In this document: positions 20,260 to 29,898 of the stretch, piece by piece
How the letters are laid out: each line of letters starts with the position of its first letter
Position numbering within the stretch: position 1 is the stretch's first letter
DNA from: a virus
DNA length: 64,000 nucleotides
Virus record (IMG/VR): IMGVR_UViG_2849231242_000001
Reading direction: 5' to 3' (one strand)
Made by a program: the position numbers and the translations under genes
The notes under the pieces: model-generated
Database searches by the model: none
Seen by the model: only the letters and a program-made list of their open reading frames with translations
What the model was told of the DNA's origin: nothing

Positions 20260-21213
20260 TTAGTGCGCTTCCCAGGCCGTTTCGTAGTCCTTCGCGGCGG
20301 TTGGGGATTCCGGCAATTTCAAGCCGCCCGTACTGCGCACGCCTTCGGCCTGATCCATGGCCGTATCCATATCGGCGTCACCGTCCGACTTCGATGCTTT
20401 GTATTTTTTGAGCATGGCAATGATTTCCTTGGCCGTGCCAGCGCTGGCCACGCGCTCGGTTTCTTCCTTCTCGGCAGGTGCCAAACCGGCCAGCCATGCC
20501 TTGAATTCGTCGGAATTGGCGATGTCCATGAAGTCCGGATGCGCATCGGCGATTTTTTCGAAGTGCGCCCGCTCTTTCTCGCTGGTAATTTCGGCGATGA
20601 TCGCGTCGATGTCCTGGCGCACTGGACCGGCATGCTCGCCGGCGACTGTGGTGGCGCAACGCTTTGCGACTTTGTTGATGACTTTGAGCAAGAGCGCGAC
20701 GAATTCCGGGCCGAAATCGTCCGCCAGCGCCTTGAGGTCCGGATCGTCGCTGTCCACGCCTTCCTCATCCCCCTTGCCAGCGGCATCGCCCTTATCGTCT
20801 TGGTCGCCCTTATCGCCGGCGGCCGGCGTGCCGGCACCCGCTTTTTCACGATCCAGTTCCGCTTGCTGCGCCTTCAGGCGGCCTTCCCAGGAGCGCAAGC
20901 GCTGGTTTTCCTTCTCCACGTCGAGGGCCTGTGCCGCTCCGGCTTCCTGTGCTGCTGGATCGTCGCTTGCAGGACCTGCAGCTTCCTTACCTGCAGCTGC
21001 GGGCGCTGGCTCGCCTTCACCGCCATCGCGGCTCTTGTCCAGGTCAATCGAGACGGTGGGCGCAGTGCCGGTTGGCGTGGCCGTGCCGGGGGCTTCGTCC
21101 GGCGTCAGTCCGAATGCTTCATCTTCGGTCTGCTCCACCCGTTGCGGCTCTTCCGCGTAGGCGGCCGCATAGTCGGCCGCTGCCTTTTTGTTGCTCTCTT
21201 CAGTAATCGCCAT
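20260..21213 (-). CDS. Scaffolding protein (acidic, coiled-coil)
   Basis: Highly acidic, Ala/Glu/Asp-rich 317-aa protein between portal and coat. GGAG SD before MAITEES. Confidence 0.65.
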   Translation of the reverse strand: MAITEESNKKAAADYAAAYAEEPQRVEQTEDEAFGLTPDEAPGTATPTGTAPTVSIDLDKSRDGGEGEPAPAAAGKEAAGPASDDPAAQEAGAAQALDVEKENQRLRSWEGRLKAQQAELDREKAGAGTPAAGDKGDQDDKGDAAGKGDEEGVDSDDPDLKALADDFGPEFVALLLKVINKVAKRCATTVAGEHAGPVRQDIDAIIAEITSEKERAHFEKIADAHPDFMDIANSDEFKAWLAGLAPAEKEETERVASAGTAKEIIAMLKKYKASKSDGDADMDTAMDQAEGVRSTGGLKLPESPTAAKDYETAWEAH

Positions 21214-21308
21214 GTGCATCTCCGTGGTTGGCTTATAAAAAAAGCCACCCGGTCAGGAGTGGCTCTGGCTGTCCTGATTACTCAGGGGTCAAAGAATCGT
21301 GTCGGGAG

Positions 21309-21554
21309 TTACCCGATCGGGGAGTCGTGCTGATTGGTGCTCACCATGGCCTGGCGCAGCTTGCGTACCTGGGACAAGGCGCCTTGGGTCCTCGGCACCA
21401 CGTCCACTGGAGCGCTGGCAAGCGTTTCCAGGTGCAGTGCAGCTATGCTGTCGAGCAACTTGATCATCGCCATGTACAGATCGGTACCGCGATAGGCCCG
21501 CACCGTGACCAGCGCATCAACAGCGGCCGCATTCAGTTGCGTTTGGTCGGCCAT
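21309..21554 (-). CDS. Hypothetical small protein (81 aa) between portal and scaffold
   Basis: Coding GC3. Start overlaps the portal stop by 1 nt (ATGA). Confidence 0.4.
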   Translation of the reverse strand: MADQTQLNAAAVDALVTVRAYRGTDLYMAMIKLLDSIAALHLETLASAPVDVVPRTQGALSQVRKLRQAMVSTNQHDSPIG

Positions 21555-23932
21555 CAGTCGATCGCCTGCGTTTCGATACCCGCCTGCATGCCCTCGCCCG
21601 GCCCAGCCATGGCTGGTACGGCAGCATTCGGCGCTTCTGGCTCCGGCGCGTTGCCGGGCACTGGCGTCGGCAGATCGTTGCCGGGCGGCGGTGCCGCCGG
21701 CAAGGTATCCTGGGGCGCTTGCGGCATCTGTTGTGGCGCAGCAGCATCTTCCCAGCCGGACGACTTGAGGATATTGTCGGCGCCCGGCGCAATCGTCGGA
21801 TTGGTGGCGGCCACCCCGGCCGCTTGCGTGGCGGCATACACGGCGCCCACATTTTTCGCGGCGGCGTCGGCATTTTTCAGGCGTGCATTCGCCAGCACCT
21901 CTTGCACCTGGGCAGTCAGCTTGTCGAGGTTGGCCATTTTCAGTTTCATGTCCAGCTCCTGCTGCTGCTGGGCCAGTTGCTGCTGCTGTTTGGCCAATTC
22001 GTTGCTTTGTTCCGCAATGACTTCTTCTTCCGTTTTGACGACGTCGACCAGGTCGTGTGCTTCGGCACGCTGGCGCAACAGTTTTTCGCGTTTGATGAAC
22101 GGCGCATCGAGCGGATTGGCCGTCTGCGCGGAGAACGCATCGAGCTGCTGGGCGCGGATCTCCTTGGCTACCAGGGAGGCGCTGCCACGCGCCTTGATGT
22201 TGTAATCTCCCTTGATGTCGTTATCCTTATTGAACTGCATGTTCCAGCAATACAGCGCATTGATGAACGGGGTGGTAATGCCCTCGTCATAGCCGTTGAT
22301 CAGGTCCTTCATGACGACCGACGTATTGCCCATCAGCATGGATAGGCCCGAGGCAGTGCCGGCGGCGCCTTGGGTCGGATTTTCACCACCCATGTAGCGC
22401 GGTACGGCCGTGACCTCATCGGCATTGGTTTCGAACATGTTGACGATCGGATATAACTCTTCGAGCTTGCCCGGGATATTGAGCACGCGCACGGCCGGCG
22501 AGGCGGCATCCTTGCCATTGCGATACCACAACTTGAACGGATGCATGCGATCGGCTTTTTCCGTCGGTGACATCAAATCCATATTCACTTCAAACTGCGG
22601 ACCGGCGGTCAGGGCGGCGTTGTCCAAGATCATGCGCACACCCGCATTGATCATGGTTTGATCGTCGCGCATGATGGTGGCCAGGCCTTCGCCAAAGATC
22701 GATGTCTCATCCTTGTCGAAGTAGTACAGGTGGTAAGGCCAGGTCACGCCGTTGATGGGCTGCAGGGCGGCGCGCACCACCTCACCGTTCGGCAGCAGCC
22801 ACACGTTGGCGAAGAACGTTTCATGCATGCGCTCTTGCGGCACTTCAACCCCGCACGCCGCCAGCTGGACGGCATCGACCCATCCCCACCGCTCCAGAAT
22901 CTCGTACTGGCCGTCGGCGTTCTTGGTGGCGCCGCGCTCGCCGACTTGGCGCAGCTCTTCGTCGTAGGCCTTGCGCTGATGCGAGCCGTCTGGGTTCGAC
23001 AGCACGTATTCGCGTATCTTGTCGGCATCAAAACTCTTGCGCTCAGCCAGGGCCAGCGTGGCCGCCTTGCTCAGGACGTGGCGTTCATACACATAGCGGC
23101 AGTTTTCCAGCTCGGTCGCGCTCATGTCCGGGAAGAAGCGCCACAGCGGCACATAATCCACGAATGGCACGACATACGATTCCGTGATCGACTGCCACTT
23201 GCCATCCTTATGGATGAAGCGGGTCCGCACCTTGCGCTCGATCAGCGGCGCCTTCAAAATTCCCGTGCCGTACAGATGACCGGAATGGATTACGGCGCGG
23301 GCCGACTTCTTGTAGCGCGATTCGGTGAGCTGGTCATCGATCGTTTTCGACATGGCCTTGGCCGCAGCATCCACCATGTGCTTGATGGCGGCCTTGATCT
23401 CGTCCACCCCGGGCTTGCGCTGCAACACCTGGGTCAACTCGGCCGTGATCTTCGCCTCGGTTTCCGGCGCAACCGTCGGAACAGGCGTAGGCTCGATCGA
23501 CCAGTTGCGGTCAGCGTTGGCTGGGAACAGCAGATCAAATACACGCGAATCGACCGTCTTGACCTTTACGCGCGTCTTGCGCACGAAGGCCTTTGAACGG
23601 TCCGCGTCCATTTCGGCTTCAATATCGGGGTCATACTGGCCGCGATACTGGCGCAGGTCCTGTAACCACCGCAACTCTGTCTCGCGACGTTCTTGCTCTG
23701 CCTGGGCAAACTCAGCCAGCCACACTGCGCCCAAGCCCGCCAGCGTTTTAAATGCGGGCGCGCCGGGCTCTTCGGACATCAGCGCTTCCTGCGCGGCGCT
23801 TTCGTATTCCCGCCGCTCGGCTTCGCGCTGCGCTGCGGCCTGCGCGTTGAGCATGGCTTGGGCCATGGCGCCGAGCTGGCCTTGCTCAGGTACGGTGCTG
23901 TCTGTCATGGGGATGCTCATAAAAAAAGCCAC
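21554..23932 (-). CDS. Portal protein (792 aa, P22-like size with long C-terminal extension)
   Basis: Large ORF immediately downstream of TerL in the canonical position. Gln-rich C-terminal coiled region like long-barrel portals. Confidence 0.75.
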   Translation of the reverse strand: MAFFMSIPMTDSTVPEQGQLGAMAQAMLNAQAAAQREAERREYESAAQEALMSEEPGAPAFKTLAGLGAVWLAEFAQAEQERRETELRWLQDLRQYRGQYDPDIEAEMDADRSKAFVRKTRVKVKTVDSRVFDLLFPANADRNWSIEPTPVPTVAPETEAKITAELTQVLQRKPGVDEIKAAIKHMVDAAAKAMSKTIDDQLTESRYKKSARAVIHSGHLYGTGILKAPLIERKVRTRFIHKDGKWQSITESYVVPFVDYVPLWRFFPDMSATELENCRYVYERHVLSKAATLALAERKSFDADKIREYVLSNPDGSHQRKAYDEELRQVGERGATKNADGQYEILERWGWVDAVQLAACGVEVPQERMHETFFANVWLLPNGEVVRAALQPINGVTWPYHLYYFDKDETSIFGEGLATIMRDDQTMINAGVRMILDNAALTAGPQFEVNMDLMSPTEKADRMHPFKLWYRNGKDAASPAVRVLNIPGKLEELYPIVNMFETNADEVTAVPRYMGGENPTQGAAGTASGLSMLMGNTSVVMKDLINGYDEGITTPFINALYCWNMQFNKDNDIKGDYNIKARGSASLVAKEIRAQQLDAFSAQTANPLDAPFIKREKLLRQRAEAHDLVDVVKTEEEVIAEQSNELAKQQQQLAQQQQELDMKLKMANLDKLTAQVQEVLANARLKNADAAAKNVGAVYAATQAAGVAATNPTIAPGADNILKSSGWEDAAAPQQMPQAPQDTLPAAPPPGNDLPTPVPGNAPEPEAPNAAVPAMAGPGEGMQAGIETQAID

Positions 23933-23965
23933 CTCAAGGGTGGCTGTCTGTGAATGGGGCGCTGC

Positions 23966-25522
23966 TCAATACCCGGCGCTTGTGGGCGAGCGGTAATGCT
24001 GCTGGCCGCCTCGATGTTCGGATGCCGCGCTGATCGGCGCGATGTGCTCCGCAAAGGTGAGTGCGATTGCGTCGGCCAGATCGGGGGACCGGACCTGGCG
24101 CGCCTTCATTTCATCCTTCGATTCGACCAGCTTGCGACCGTTCGAGCTGGTTTTGTACTTGGGCGCCGACATATCGGCGACCAGTGCCGGGTTCGGCGGC
24201 AATGTGCAGGGTTGGTCTTCCACCCATTCCTTCATGCGATACCACATTTCCGCACGCTTATTCGCATAGGTTTCACTATCCTCGGCCTTCGATGCGCTGT
24301 TCACCCCAATGACAGGAATGTTCAACTCCTTGAGCCGGTCCACGATGCCGCTGCCAATGCCGATCTTGTCGACCAGCATGCCGTCAGGCTGATATTGCTT
24401 CCAGTGCGCCGCCAGGATGCCGGCTACTTCCATCGGCCCCTTTTTCTCGTACACCTCCAGGCGGAACACCACGCGGCCGCGCCTGAACGCGATCGCCGTG
24501 CGGTCCGGGCCGTATTCGGCTGGGTCGCAGCCGATGATCAGCGGACCCATCATCGCGCGGTAGTCGCTGGCGATGGCCGCCATGACGTCGGTGGGGTTGA
24601 TCAGCGGGTCGGTGGTGGCCGACTTGAACGCCAGCGCCGCCGTGGCGGGATACTCCTGATCGAACAGCCAGGCCATCGACTGGCCATAGGTGATGATCTT
24701 GTTAGCACGCCAGGCCATCTGAGCCATATCCAGGCCATAAGTCTCCATGTACTTCGTGTCGGCGGCCGACAGCTCGAAGTCTGCCGGCACGGCCGCGCGG
24801 TATTCGTCCTGCCAGAACCAGGGCACGAAAATGGCGATGTACTCGCCTATACCGGCTTCTGCGTCCTGCCACATCTGGTGGAAGGGGCCGCCGACACCAT
24901 TGGCCGTGGACTCGATAATGATTTCGGTGCCGTCCATGTCCGAAATCGCATTGCCCAGACCCGCCATGTGCATGATGGCGTTGTCCCAGAAGGCAAATTC
25001 CGAGGCGTGTAGCAGCTGGGCCGTGTTGGAGCGGCCCACGTCCTTGGAACCAGCCGTGGCGAGCTTGTAGCCGCCGTCGAGCCGGTTGAAGACCAGTTCC
25101 TTGCTGTTCGTCGCACTGGTGGACGGCGAGAAAACGTTGTGCTGGTGATACCGCTTCACCATCTTGAACAGGTTGTCAGTCGCCTTCTGCTCGTGGGCTA
25201 CGATGAACGCGTTGCGGCCGAAATTGATGCTGCTGATGCAGTAAAAGCGCGCGCCGATGTAAGTCGAAGCGCCCTGCTGACGGCCCTTGAGGATGATCGC
25301 GCGCACTTTGCCGGTGCGCTGGCGTTGTTCCTCGATCTTGGCGTGAATGTAGCGCTGCGCCCGATTGAAGCGCAACGGGACCTTCTTGCCCTCCTTGTCC
25401 TGCACGTACATACAGGTTTCGCAGTGCAATTCGATATCGTTTCGCAGCGCTTCAATCGTCCGATCGAATTCCGCCTGGCGGTTGCTACTCGCCATGCTTG
25501 GCCGCCACACGGCGGATGGCAT
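23966..25522 (-). CDS. terL: Terminase large subunit
   Basis: 518 aa. Walker-A-like ILKGRQQGAST. Nuclease-domain acidic residues in the C-terminal half. Overlaps the TerS end. Confidence 0.8.
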   Translation of the reverse strand: MPSAVWRPSMASSNRQAEFDRTIEALRNDIELHCETCMYVQDKEGKKVPLRFNRAQRYIHAKIEEQRQRTGKVRAIILKGRQQGASTYIGARFYCISSINFGRNAFIVAHEQKATDNLFKMVKRYHQHNVFSPSTSATNSKELVFNRLDGGYKLATAGSKDVGRSNTAQLLHASEFAFWDNAIMHMAGLGNAISDMDGTEIIIESTANGVGGPFHQMWQDAEAGIGEYIAIFVPWFWQDEYRAAVPADFELSAADTKYMETYGLDMAQMAWRANKIITYGQSMAWLFDQEYPATAALAFKSATTDPLINPTDVMAAIASDYRAMMGPLIIGCDPAEYGPDRTAIAFRRGRVVFRLEVYEKKGPMEVAGILAAHWKQYQPDGMLVDKIGIGSGIVDRLKELNIPVIGVNSASKAEDSETYANKRAEMWYRMKEWVEDQPCTLPPNPALVADMSAPKYKTSSNGRKLVESKDEMKARQVRSPDLADAIALTFAEHIAPISAASEHRGGQQHYRSPTSAGY

Positions 25523-26108
25523 CCTCTACGCCACTGCCGAGGTCTTCGTTATCCTTATCATCCATGCCGAACGCCTGGCGTTCCATTGCAACCAAGCTGC
25601 GCAGGGAGTCGGCCAGCGTCTTCATGGTGGAAGAGCGCGTGCTCAGCGAAATGACCTTCTCGAATAGCTCCAGGCGCTTGTTCTGGCCTTTCTCGTCGGG
25701 CTGGCACATGGCTTCCGCCAGCTGGTGCAGCAGGTCCCTGTTGTCCGTCTGGAATTCCAGCTCAGCAAGCAGACTGCTCGACAGCTTTCGGGCGCGCTGA
25801 ATGTCGGTGCGGTGCGCCAGGATAATCTGCGACTGCATCGCGGCATTGGCCTCGACAATATCGCGCTCTTGCGCCGGCGGCAGATCGGGTGCCGGGTCCG
25901 GCATCGCGGCATGCGCGATGATCGATTGCGTCTTGGCGCGTATCTTCTCGGTCAGGTTGCGCGTGATACCCAGCTTCGTGAAGCGCTTGTCCATGGCCGC
26001 GCGCGATACGCCGTACTGCACGGCCATCTGCTGCTTGGTCTTGACGCCGGCGCGCCAGTCCGCCTCGACCAGGTCCCAGTCGATCGCCTTTCTTTCTGCT
26101 GCTGCCAT
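25485..26108 (-). CDS. terS: Terminase small subunit (HTH DNA-binding)
   Basis: 207 aa. N-terminal HTH QQMAVQYGVSRAAMDKRFTKLGI. Directly upstream of TerL. Confidence 0.75.
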   Translation of the reverse strand: MAAAERKAIDWDLVEADWRAGVKTKQQMAVQYGVSRAAMDKRFTKLGITRNLTEKIRAKTQSIIAHAAMPDPAPDLPPAQERDIVEANAAMQSQIILAHRTDIQRARKLSSSLLAELEFQTDNRDLLHQLAEAMCQPDEKGQNKRLELFEKVISLSTRSSTMKTLADSLRSLVAMERQAFGMDDKDNEDLGSGVEDAIRRVAAKHGE

Positions 26109-26111
26109 GGA

Positions 26112-26432
26112 TTACTGCGCCTTCTTGTGTTGTTTCTGCCGTGGCCTCTCCGCAGTCGTGCTTGGCACCTGCAAGGTCCCGATCGAGGCGACTGGCGCAT
26201 GCGATCGCACCCAGCGGGCGGCGTACTCGACGTCCTCGTAGTCATCCGGCGCATCGTCAGCCGGCAACCAGGGCAACAACGGGTGGCGCGCCTCATCGAT
26301 CGTCAGCGGGCGCTCGTCCTGCCGCGCATCGGGCTGGTGGTGGCATTGACGGGTGGTTTTCACGGCAGTCCAAAATAGAAGGCCCCGCACGCATTGCTGC
26401 GCCGGGGCCAGTGCCTGAAGGATCAGACACAA
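26112..26432 (-). CDS. Hypothetical protein upstream of terS
   Basis: ORF of 106 aa with uncertain true start. Acidic C-terminal half. Confidence 0.35.
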   Translation of the reverse strand: MCLILQALAPAQQCVRGLLFWTAVKTTRQCHHQPDARQDERPLTIDEARHPLLPWLPADDAPDDYEDVEYAARWVRSHAPVASIGTLQVPSTTAERPRQKQHKKAQ

Positions 26433-26523
26433 CGGTGAAATGGTTGAATGGCAGATATGCCTGGTAAATAAATGCCCGGTCCTACCTGAGAAAATTTACC
26501 AATCGCCGTAAGTCGTTGATTAT

Positions 26524-26769
26524 TTAGCCTTTGGCTGGAAGATCAATTTCTTCCGTCGCATCGCCAAAGCCGGGAACGTCGCGCTCGACGCCATACACGC
26601 GCTGCTGGAGGAACACGATGGCCAGCAATACTGCAACCGTGCCCAACACGCCCCAAGCCCAGCCCGGCGCGGCCAGGCGGTCCAGTAGCAATCCCAGCAG
26701 GATGATGAAGCCGAGGGGCGACGCCATCGGCAAGGAAGACGGCTTGATGGTAACTTTGCTTTTCGACAT
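26524..26769 (-). CDS. Small membrane protein (2 TM), first gene of the late operon
   Basis: 81 aa with two hydrophobic helices (GFIILLGLLLDRLAAPGWAWGVLGTVAVLLAIVFL). Confidence 0.45.
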   Translation of the reverse strand: MSKSKVTIKPSSLPMASPLGFIILLGLLLDRLAAPGWAWGVLGTVAVLLAIVFLQQRVYGVERDVPGFGDATEEIDLPAKG

Positions 26770-26825
26770 GTACGTTTCCGCGTTGAATTCGGGGGAATGG
26801 GCGGCGCCTGTGTGGACCGACCATT

Positions 26826-26859
26826 AAAAAAGCCCAGGCGACTTGTCATCGACTGGGCT
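26826..26859 (-). terminator. Rho-independent terminator immediately upstream of the late operon (candidate tR-prime-like antitermination target)
   Basis: Minus-strand reading AGCCCAG-15 nt loop-CTGGGCT followed by TTTTTTAATGG. No minus-strand gene lies upstream of it. Confidence 0.55.
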
Positions 26860-27197
26860 TTCCGTGGCGGACTACCGCCATTTGATGATGGCCGATTGCT
26901 GATATCGGCTTGCAGCCTATAGAGCGGGAGTGGCCCGCCCCCGGAAGGGTAGTGTCCGTAACGCTCTGCGTCCCCTGCTCGCATATAGCATGCGACTCCC
27001 TGCCCCAGCTTGCGGGCAGCGATTCACCATCCTTCGACCCCTTGAAAGTGCCTATTTCAGGCCTCTTTACGCAAGAGACAGTTATTCAGACTATCGAATT
27101 GAGGCGAATTTTACGGCCATTTGTGCGGGTTTCGCCAGAACAAAATCGCGCGGATTTTCCCGCACAGGCTCCTTCCGGTATCCAAAGTAAACCGCTA

Positions 27198-27217
27198 TAC
27201 TGTATAAAAACACAGTA
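27198..27217 (+). promoter_or_regulatory. LexA (SOS) box overlapping the umuD promoter
   Basis: TACTGTATAAAAACACAGTA matches the CTGT-N8-ACAG consensus. Ends 13 nt before the umuD ATG. Confidence 0.8.
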
Positions 27218-27230
27218 TAAAGTAACCAAA

Positions 27231-27698
27231 ATGACCATCTTCCCCCCCATTCCGGCTAGTTCTGGCGTACTCCAGCCCGGCACGCCCGCCGCGCAACTCG
27301 CGCCGCTGGCATCACGGCCGCTGTTCTGCCAGAAAATTCCCGCTGGATTCCCGTCGCCGGCGGCCGACTATACGGAAAAGGGCCTGGACCTGAATACCTT
27401 CATGGTCCAGCACAAGGAAGCATCGTTCTTTTTCAAGGTGGTGGGCATGAGTTTGTCCGGGGTGGGCATCCTGGATGGCGACATCGTGCTGGTGGACCGT
27501 TCAGTTACAGCTGCGCACGGCCACTACGTGCTGGCCGTCATCGATGGCGAATATACGCTCAAGCGCCTGTACCGCCAGCACGGGGTCATCGAACTGCATC
27601 CTGAAAATCCCGCATTCAAGCCGATACGCTTGGTGGAAGGCAACGAACTGCAGGTGTGGGGTGTCGTCACTGGCGTGGTGCGCAAGTTGCGGGTCTAG
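27231..27698 (+). CDS. umuD: UmuD-like S24 peptidase (translesion polymerase V accessory subunit)
   Basis: LexA-like C-terminal domain with Ser (VGMSLSGVG) and Lys (TLKRL) catalytic dyad. Ala-Gly cleavage site IPAGF. Confidence 0.8.
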   Translation: MTIFPPIPASSGVLQPGTPAAQLAPLASRPLFCQKIPAGFPSPAADYTEKGLDLNTFMVQHKEASFFFKVVGMSLSGVGILDGDIVLVDRSVTAAHGHYVLAVIDGEYTLKRLYRQHGVIELHPENPAFKPIRLVEGNELQVWGVVTGVVRKLRV

Positions 27699-27700
27699 CC

Positions 27701-29002
27701 ATGGCTGATGCGCGCGCCCAGCTGTTCGCCCTGGTGGACGTCAATAATTGCTACGTGTCATGTGAGCGGGCGATGAATCCGCGGCTGCGTGATGTTCCGG
27801 TGGTGGTGCTGTCGAACAATGACGGATGCGCCGTGGCCAGGTCGAATGAGGTGAAGGCGCTCGGGGTGAGCATGGGGGAACCGTGGCATAAATTACAGGA
27901 CCTGGCGCGCCAGCACGGAATTGTGGCGTTGAGCAGTAATTACGCGCTCTATGCCGATTTTAGCAACCGCATCATGACGATCCTGCGCACCTACAGCCCG
28001 CACGTCGAGGTCTACAGCATCGATGAGGCCTTCCTGAGCCTGAACGGCATGGGCGGGCTGTGGGACACGCCTACGGCCATGGGCCAGGATATCCGCGCCA
28101 AGATACTCCAGTGGACCAGCCTGCCGGTGTGCGTGGGCGTGGGCGCATCGAAGACGCAAGCAAAGCTGGCCAACCACATCGCCAAGAAGTTTGCCCTGTT
28201 CAACAGCGTGTGCGATCTTTCCACGATGTCGGCCGCCCGCATGTTCTGGCTATTCTCCCGCATCGACGTCGGCGAGGTGTGGGGCGTGGGCCGGCGCATC
28301 GGCGACAAGCTGCGCGCCATGGGTATCAATTCGGTGCAGGACCTGAAAGAAGCCAGCCCGCGCGACATGCGTGCTAAGTTCGGGGTCGTGATGGAGCGCA
28401 CATGCAACGAGATTCGGGGCATTTCCTGCCTGGCCCTGGAAGAGGTGGCGCCACCACGCAAGGAAATCGTCAGCTCCAAGTCCTTCGGCGCCATGGTGGC
28501 CAGCATCGACGAACTGGGCCAGGCCGTGACGTCCTATGTCACGCGCGCCAGTGAGAAGCTGCGGTCGCAGGATTCGGTCTGTGGGGCCGTCCACGTCTTT
28601 ATACAGACCAACCCTTTTCGCAAAATGGACTTGCAGTACAGCAATGGCCTGACCGTGCCCTTGATTGTGCCGACGGACGATAGTCGCGTGCTGGCCGGCG
28701 CCGCCCTGCATGGCTTGGAACGGATATTCATCGAAGGCTTCCGCTACAAGAAGGCTGGCGTGATGCTGTTGGACCTGTCGCCCAAGAGCATGCTACAGGG
28801 CGTGCTGTTTGATGAAGCGCGCCCGCGCGAACCCGCTGTCAAGGTGATGGCGGCGCTCGATGCGCTGAACGATCGGTTCGGGCGGGACTCGGTGACGCTC
28901 GCGTCGGCAGGCCTGGCCCCGCGCTGGGCGATGCGCTCCGGCAATAAGACGCCCTGCTATACAACCAGGTGGGACGAGTTGCCAAAAGCCAATGCCAGAT
29001 GA
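27701..29002 (+). CDS. umuC: UmuC-like Y-family DNA polymerase
   Basis: N-terminus MADARAQLFALVDVNNCYVSCERAMNP matches the UmuC/DinB palm motif (FALxDVNxFYASCE). 434 aa. Confidence 0.85.
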   Translation: MADARAQLFALVDVNNCYVSCERAMNPRLRDVPVVVLSNNDGCAVARSNEVKALGVSMGEPWHKLQDLARQHGIVALSSNYALYADFSNRIMTILRTYSPHVEVYSIDEAFLSLNGMGGLWDTPTAMGQDIRAKILQWTSLPVCVGVGASKTQAKLANHIAKKFALFNSVCDLSTMSAARMFWLFSRIDVGEVWGVGRRIGDKLRAMGINSVQDLKEASPRDMRAKFGVVMERTCNEIRGISCLALEEVAPPRKEIVSSKSFGAMVASIDELGQAVTSYVTRASEKLRSQDSVCGAVHVFIQTNPFRKMDLQYSNGLTVPLIVPTDDSRVLAGAALHGLERIFIEGFRYKKAGVMLLDLSPKSMLQGVLFDEARPREPAVKVMAALDALNDRFGRDSVTLASAGLAPRWAMRSGNKTPCYTTRWDELPKANAR

Positions 29003-29033
29003 GTGGCCACCCAAACGGCACCAGAGTTCCCCA

Positions 29034-29276
29034 TCATTTCAACACCGGTACCATGCTGCTCTTCCCTAGCTGGCGGCGATACAAAATCTCGATCCGGTAA
29101 TCGCCATGCATCGCGCCGGCTATCTCGGTCGCGGTGGCCAGCTGTTCTCTGGCGCTTTCGAGCCTGTTCACCTGACGCATGACACTGGTTTGAAGCGAAT
29201 CCACGCCCACAAGTTTGTCAATTCGGGCTGACAGCATAGCCAAAGCGCTACCCATTGTAAAAGTAGCTGGAATCAT
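29034..29276 (-). CDS. Hypothetical protein (80 aa)
   Basis: ORF with coding GC3 at the end of the minus-strand accessory operon. Confidence 0.35.
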   Translation of the reverse strand: MIPATFTMGSALAMLSARIDKLVGVDSLQTSVMRQVNRLESAREQLATATEIAGAMHGDYRIEILYRRQLGKSSMVPVLK

Positions 29277-29545
29277 TTAAGGCCCAGCGCTTTCCTCGCC
29301 TCCTTGATGCCAGCCAGTGCCGGCGGCACCTGTGCACGGATAAGCGAAAACAGCTCCCGCATATCGCGCTCGAAGGGCTGCATGTAGGCCTTGCCCAGCT
29401 TCACGTAGAAGGCCTTGAAGAAATTGTCAGGCCCGTAGCCGGCCAAGGCATCCAGTGCGCGCAGCTGGCCCTCGGTGAGCTCGATGCTGGCCGTGATACT
29501 GACGCTGGTATTGATCTTGATGTCGCTCACAATGTTCCTTCGCAT
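29273..29545 (-). CDS. Hypothetical protein (90 aa)
   Basis: C-terminal coding part of ORF 29273..29911 starting at MRRNIVSDIK. The N-terminal part of that ORF is an out-of-frame artefact. Confidence 0.4.
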   Translation of the reverse strand: MRRNIVSDIKINTSVSITASIELTEGQLRALDALAGYGPDNFFKAFYVKLGKAYMQPFERDMRELFSLIRAQVPPALAGIKEARKALGLK

Positions 29546-29898
29546 GCTGGGACGTTCTCGCCCAAGGTTGACTGGGCCACATCCGGCACGTCGGCGCCGA
29601 AGACGGCCGCCACGTAGGCCCGCATGGCCGCTTCCAGCCCGGTTGCGCCGGCCTGCCATCCGCAGTAGGTCGCTTCCCAGCCGCCCAGGTAGGGGCCGAT
29701 GCGCACGCCAATGCGGTCGATGATGGGCCAGCTGACGGCCGGGTTGGTCGATGGGTCGAACCGCTGCTTGCCGCCGCGCACGCAGATCAGCATATCGGTG
29801 CGCGGCACCAGCTGGATGCGCAGCTGGTCGGCCGGGATGCCCTCGGCACGCCCTACCCAGTAATCGAGCAACGCATCGGTAAGCAGGGATACCCTCAT
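29527..29898 (-). CDS. Hypothetical phage protein (123 aa)
   Basis: ORF MRVSLLTDALLDYWVGRAEG... with coding GC3. Confidence 0.4.
   Translation of the reverse strand: MRVSLLTDALLDYWVGRAEGIPADQLRIQLVPRTDMLICVRGGKQRFDPSTNPAVSWPIIDRIGVRIGPYLGGWEATYCGWQAGATGLEAAMRAYVAAVFGADVPDVAQSTLGENVPACEGTL

Noticed and set aside
21243-21262. Short GCCAC/GTGGC hairpin with a T-run downstream of the 81-aa gene
   Set aside because: The stem is only 5 bp, too weak to call a terminator.
20263-23996. Plus-strand ORFs across the scaffold/portal region (20263..21333, 21228..22205, 22658..23596, 23325..23996)
   Set aside because: They are antisense to well-supported minus-strand structural genes and have low-complexity composition.
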